Assembly: GCA_014360065.1 (NCBI GenBank)
Contig: JACIYF010000004.1
Span: forward strand, 1-59,742
Length of the DNA: 59,742 bases
Reading direction: 5' to 3'
From: Clostridia bacterium
GTDB taxonomy: Bacteria; Bacillota; DSM-521; Neomoorellales; JACIYF01
A program made the translations under genes and the position numbers. The notes under the pieces were generated by a model, which was not told the DNA's origin, did no database searches, and was given only the letters and a program-made list of their open reading frames with translations. Positions 56,840 to 59,742 of this stretch are shown here, in pieces. Within the stretch, counting starts at the first letter, position 1, and each line of letters starts with the position of its first letter.

Positions 56840-57736
56840 ATGGGCATTAACTCACTACAGCAGAGCTTACATTTTTTTGTCACAATAATGGCTGAACTGG
56901 CAGCCCTATTCATTGGCATCAGTTTTCTGGTGGAGCTGCTTCGCCAGTTCATTCCAGAGGCCACCGTCCGCCGAGCACTCAGCAGCCGCGGGGGTCAGGG
57001 AAACCTTCTTGGGGCGGCTTTTGGTGCCCTTACGCCCTTTTGCTCCTGCTCTACCATTCCCATTATGGTAGGTTTGTTGAATGCTGGAGCTCCCTTTGGG
57101 GCCACCATATCTTTTCTGGTCGCTTCACCCTTACTTAACCCTGTCATCCTGGGCCTCTTTTGGGCTATGTTGGGGTGGCGGGTAACGGTCACCTACGCGC
57201 TGCTCTGCTTTGCCTTGGCAGTGGCCAGCGGGGCCATATGGGAAAAGCTGGGCTTGGCAGCTTATGTGAAGCGTGTGAGGGTGTTGGGCGGACAGAACCT
57301 ACAGGAGCAAAGCCACCACCTGGGTGTTCGTCTTATCCGTGCTCTGTCAGGCTCCTGGCAACAGTTTCTTGGCGTCCTGCCCTACTTGCTGGTTGGGGTG
57401 GCAATAGGAGCAGTAGTTTATGGCTTTGTCCCCGCCAACTGGATCGCCGGGGTAGCGGGACCGCAAAATCCCCTGGCCATCCCGGTGGCAGCGGCCATCG
57501 GTGTTCCCCTGTATATCAGGGTGGAAACCATGATTCCCATCAGCATGGTGCTTCTCGAGAAAGGTATGAGCCTAGGAGCCATCATGGCCCTTATTATCGG
57601 AGGAGCCGGGGCCAGCATTCCTGAGGTTAGTCTCTTGGCCAGCATCTTCAAACCACGGTTGGTAGCGGCCTTTGTGTTAACCATTCTGGCGGTAGCTACG
57701 CTGGCCGGATATACCTTTAACATTGTCTTTGCTTAA
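56840..57736 (+). CDS. ArsP_1/DUF318-type permease with CxC motif
   Basis: 298 aa, multi-TM. LTPFCSCSTIPI motif and LVASPLLNP. Confidence 0.75.
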   Translation: MGINSLQQSLHFFVTIMAELAALFIGISFLVELLRQFIPEATVRRALSSRGGQGNLLGAAFGALTPFCSCSTIPIMVGLLNAGAPFGATISFLVASPLLNPVILGLFWAMLGWRVTVTYALLCFALAVASGAIWEKLGLAAYVKRVRVLGGQNLQEQSHHLGVRLIRALSGSWQQFLGVLPYLLVGVAIGAVVYGFVPANWIAGVAGPQNPLAIPVAAAIGVPLYIRVETMIPISMVLLEKGMSLGAIMALIIGGAGASIPEVSLLASIFKPRLVAAFVLTILAVATLAGYTFNIVFA

Positions 57737-57749
57737 GGAGGGGTTCCTT

Positions 57750-58115
57750 ATGGCGGAAAAGAAAGGATTACTGTCCAGGATCTTTAGCAAGCAGGGAAGC
57801 GACTGCTGTAATGTGCGGATTGAGGAGATTCCCGAGGAGGAAAACCAGAAGCAGGGTGAGGGGAAGAATCTCGGTGGCAGTTGCTGCTGCGGGGGACCGG
57901 TGCCCAACGCCGAGATCGTAAATATCGATGGTCTTGAAACAGGCATTGTGGGGCTGAACGAGGCTATCGCCGAGGTCAAGAGGCTTAAGCTTACTGATCA
58001 GGAGCAAATCAAGGATGAGCTTCTTGCCCGGGTGCGGCAGAGAAACTACATTAGTCCGGGCCGAGAAGAAGCTTACCGGGAAGCCATCTGGCAGGAATAC
58101 CGCGAGCGCGCATAA
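57750..58115 (+). CDS. small Cys-cluster protein (unknown)
   Basis: 121 aa from the ATG preceded by AAGGAGG. Contains CC and CCC clusters (GSDCCNV, GGSCCCGGP). Confidence 0.55.
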   Translation: MAEKKGLLSRIFSKQGSDCCNVRIEEIPEEENQKQGEGKNLGGSCCCGGPVPNAEIVNIDGLETGIVGLNEAIAEVKRLKLTDQEQIKDELLARVRQRNYISPGREEAYREAIWQEYRERA

Positions 58116-58450
58116 TGCCGGTTGGCGCAGCCGGTGTATTGGCCCTGGCTACCTTTCTATGAGATTCGGGGCCTCAATTCTCACTTCCTTGTCAGTGCCT
58201 AAAAAGGCAAACTGAAAGTCAGGGGCTGCTTCCCGAACTCTCCTTTTGGGACAGCCTCTATTGCGTGGCGGGCCCTAGCCAGAACAGGACTCTGAGCCTA
58301 TTTGCCCCAGAGACAACTATTCACATACTCAATATTCATGGTCATGTCTGATTGGGGAAGTGCTGGAAGTTTGAATCGCATCCGGTCTTAACTGCCAATG
58401 CCTGTAACTAGCGAAAGCATGTCTTCCAGGACTAACCCAAAAACATTAGG

Positions 58451-58479
58451 TTGACACTCAGGAGCGTTTGAGCCATAAT
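58451..58479 (+). promoter_or_regulatory. sigma70-type promoter candidate
   Basis: TTGACA - 17 nt - CATAAT upstream of the ArsR-family gene, followed by an AT-rich imperfect dyad. Confidence 0.55.
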
Positions 58480-58542
58480 AAAATTATCATATAGCAATAT
58501 AAGAACATAAAAAGATAGTCGCAACTCAAGGAGAGCGAAAGC

Positions 58543-58902
58543 GTGGAGCGATTAATAGAATATCTCAAGGTTCTAGCTGATCCCACACGCATGAAAATAA
58601 TCAAATTCCTTCTAGAGCGCGATATGTACGTCTGTGAGCTGGTATCAGCCATGGACATTGCTCAACCAACTGTATCCCAGCATCTTAGAAGGTTAAGAGC
58701 GATCGGCCTGGCGCAGGAAAAAAAGGAAGGCCAGCGCGTTCGTTACCGGTTGGCCAAGGATGTGTTGGATAAATACAAAAAGGAATTAGATTTGTTCCTG
58801 GCCGCTCCCATTAAAGACATCTCCCAGATGCAAGAAGAATGGGAGCGCTACGAAGCTCTTGTAGCCAGCGGAAAAGCGCTAAGTTCTTGTCCCCCTCCTT
58901 AG
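58543..58902 (+). CDS. ArsR/SmtB-family metalloregulator
   Basis: LKVLADPTRMKIIKFLLERDMYVCELVSAMDIAQPTVSQHLRRLRAIGL. Confidence 0.9.
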   Translation: MERLIEYLKVLADPTRMKIIKFLLERDMYVCELVSAMDIAQPTVSQHLRRLRAIGLAQEKKEGQRVRYRLAKDVLDKYKKELDLFLAAPIKDISQMQEEWERYEALVASGKALSSCPPP

Positions 58903-58977
58903 GAGTTGTAAAACTTCACATGATGGAAGATACGCATAACCTTTTGCCTTTGAACCTTAATTGAAGGAGATGTTCCT

Positions 58978-59742
58978 GTGAGCAAGCAGACCAAGTTACT
59001 GCTAATTGTAGCCGCATTCCTGGCAGCCTACTTTCTGCCCTTCCAGCACCCCAGGATGCAGAGCGCTATACTAGAAGCTTTTTATATGCTGCAGGAATAT
59101 GCTAGGGAGCATGTGCTGTTCTGTCTAGTACCCGCCCTTTTTATAGCCGGGGCCATGAGCAACTTCCTTTCCTCCCAGGCGGTCATTAAGTACCTGGGGC
59201 CGGATAGCCCCAAGGTGACGGCCTATGGAGTAGGTGCCGTTTCGGGAGCTATACTGGCTGTTTGCTCCTGCACTGTACTGCCCTTATTTATGGGCATATA
59301 CAAGCGGGGAGCGGGCCTGGGACCAGCCATAGCCTTTCTTTACTCCGGGCCGGCCATTAATGTTTTGGCCATTATCCTTTCAGCCCGAGTCCTGGGTTGG
59401 CAGATCGGCCTGGCCAGGGCCCTGGGAGCGGTCCTGTTTTCGGTAGTCATCGGCCTTATTATGGCCCTGCTCTTCAGAGGAGAAGAGCGGGAGAGGACCA
59501 AAGGACTGCTCGTGCCTGAAGGAGAGGGGGGACGCCAGCGGACTTTGGGCCAGACCACGCTATACTTCCTGGTCCTGGTCTTGATACTCGTCTTTGCCGC
59601 CTGGGGCAGGCCCCAAGAAGATGCAGGCTTCTGGTACGCTGTCTACAGCGTAAAGTGGTATTTGGTAATTGGCCTGCTCATAGCCCTGGCCTTAATTCTA
59701 AAGGCTTGGTTTAAGCGCGAGGAGTTGTCTGCCTGGATGGAT
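58978..59742 (+). CDS. ArsP_1/DUF318-type permease with CxC motif (3' end outside window)
   Basis: GTG 58978 opens a frame that appears open to the window end (end of frame checked; full span not scanned for stops): VSKQTKLLLIVAAFLAAYFLPF...AILAVCSCTVLPLF..GAGLGPAIAFLYSGPAINVLAI. It is not in the ORF track because there is no stop. Confidence 0.75.
   Translation, partial: MSKQTKLLLIVAAFLAAYFLPFQHPRMQSAILEAFYMLQEYAREHVLFCLVPALFIAGAMSNFLSSQAVIKYLGPDSPKVTAYGVGAVSGAILAVCSCTVLPLFMGIYKRGAGLGPAIAFLYSGPAINVLAIILSARVLGWQIGLARALGAVLFSVVIGLIMALLFRGEERERTKGLLVPEGEGGRQRTLGQTTLYFLVLVLILVFAAWGRPQEDAGFWYAVYSVKWYLVIGLLIALALILKAWFKREELSAWMD

Overview
The window looks like a Clostridia-type Firmicute chromosome, judged from codY-rpsB-tsf-pyrH-frr-uppS-cdsA-dxr-rseP-ispG-proS synteny, SLH-domain proteins and ytvI/pdaB-like sporulation genes. 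It has three parts. (1) Bases 1-5.5 kb hold a sigma54-controlled operon: the 3' end of the activator gene, a -24/-12 promoter, a PaaK-like CoA ligase, an unknown protein, a family III CoA-transferase and an APC permease. (2) About 5.8-32.3 kb is a mosaic accessory region, and large stretches are visibly G+C-richer than the flanks (by eye, not computed). It contains three decayed transposase genes. It also contains a three-gene cassette with two PD-(D/E)xK-type nuclease genes plus a truncated duplicate of one gene. A WYL (HTH-WYL-WCX) regulator is translationally coupled to two divergent paralogous proteins that I cannot assign to any family, and the same GGACAC-N4-GTGTCC inverted repeat lies upstream of both transcription units. 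Further along are an Mrr-like restriction gene that is frameshifted and split by a TnpB-only IS200/IS605-type element, a DprA-like gene with a coiled-coil partner, and two SLH-anchored exoproteins (a trypsin-like protease and a ComEC-type MBL hydrolase with a lamin-tail domain). The region ends with an ImmR/ImmA-like switch, an HTH protein and a large serine recombinase that abuts the 3' remnant of comM. (3) From 32.3 kb to the end is ordinary core: codY through proS, cell-wall and peptidase genes, an IclR regulator, a four-subunit 2-oxoacid:ferredoxin oxidoreductase, a truncated abfD-like remnant, a vapBC pair beside a decayed orphan antitoxin, and two regulator-plus-CxC-permease modules. The best candidate for an undescribed system is the WYL-regulated paralog pair at 12.6-16.1 kb, followed by the adjacent nuclease cassette at 8.3-11.2 kb. 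All functional calls rest on motif recognition by eye; no searches were run.
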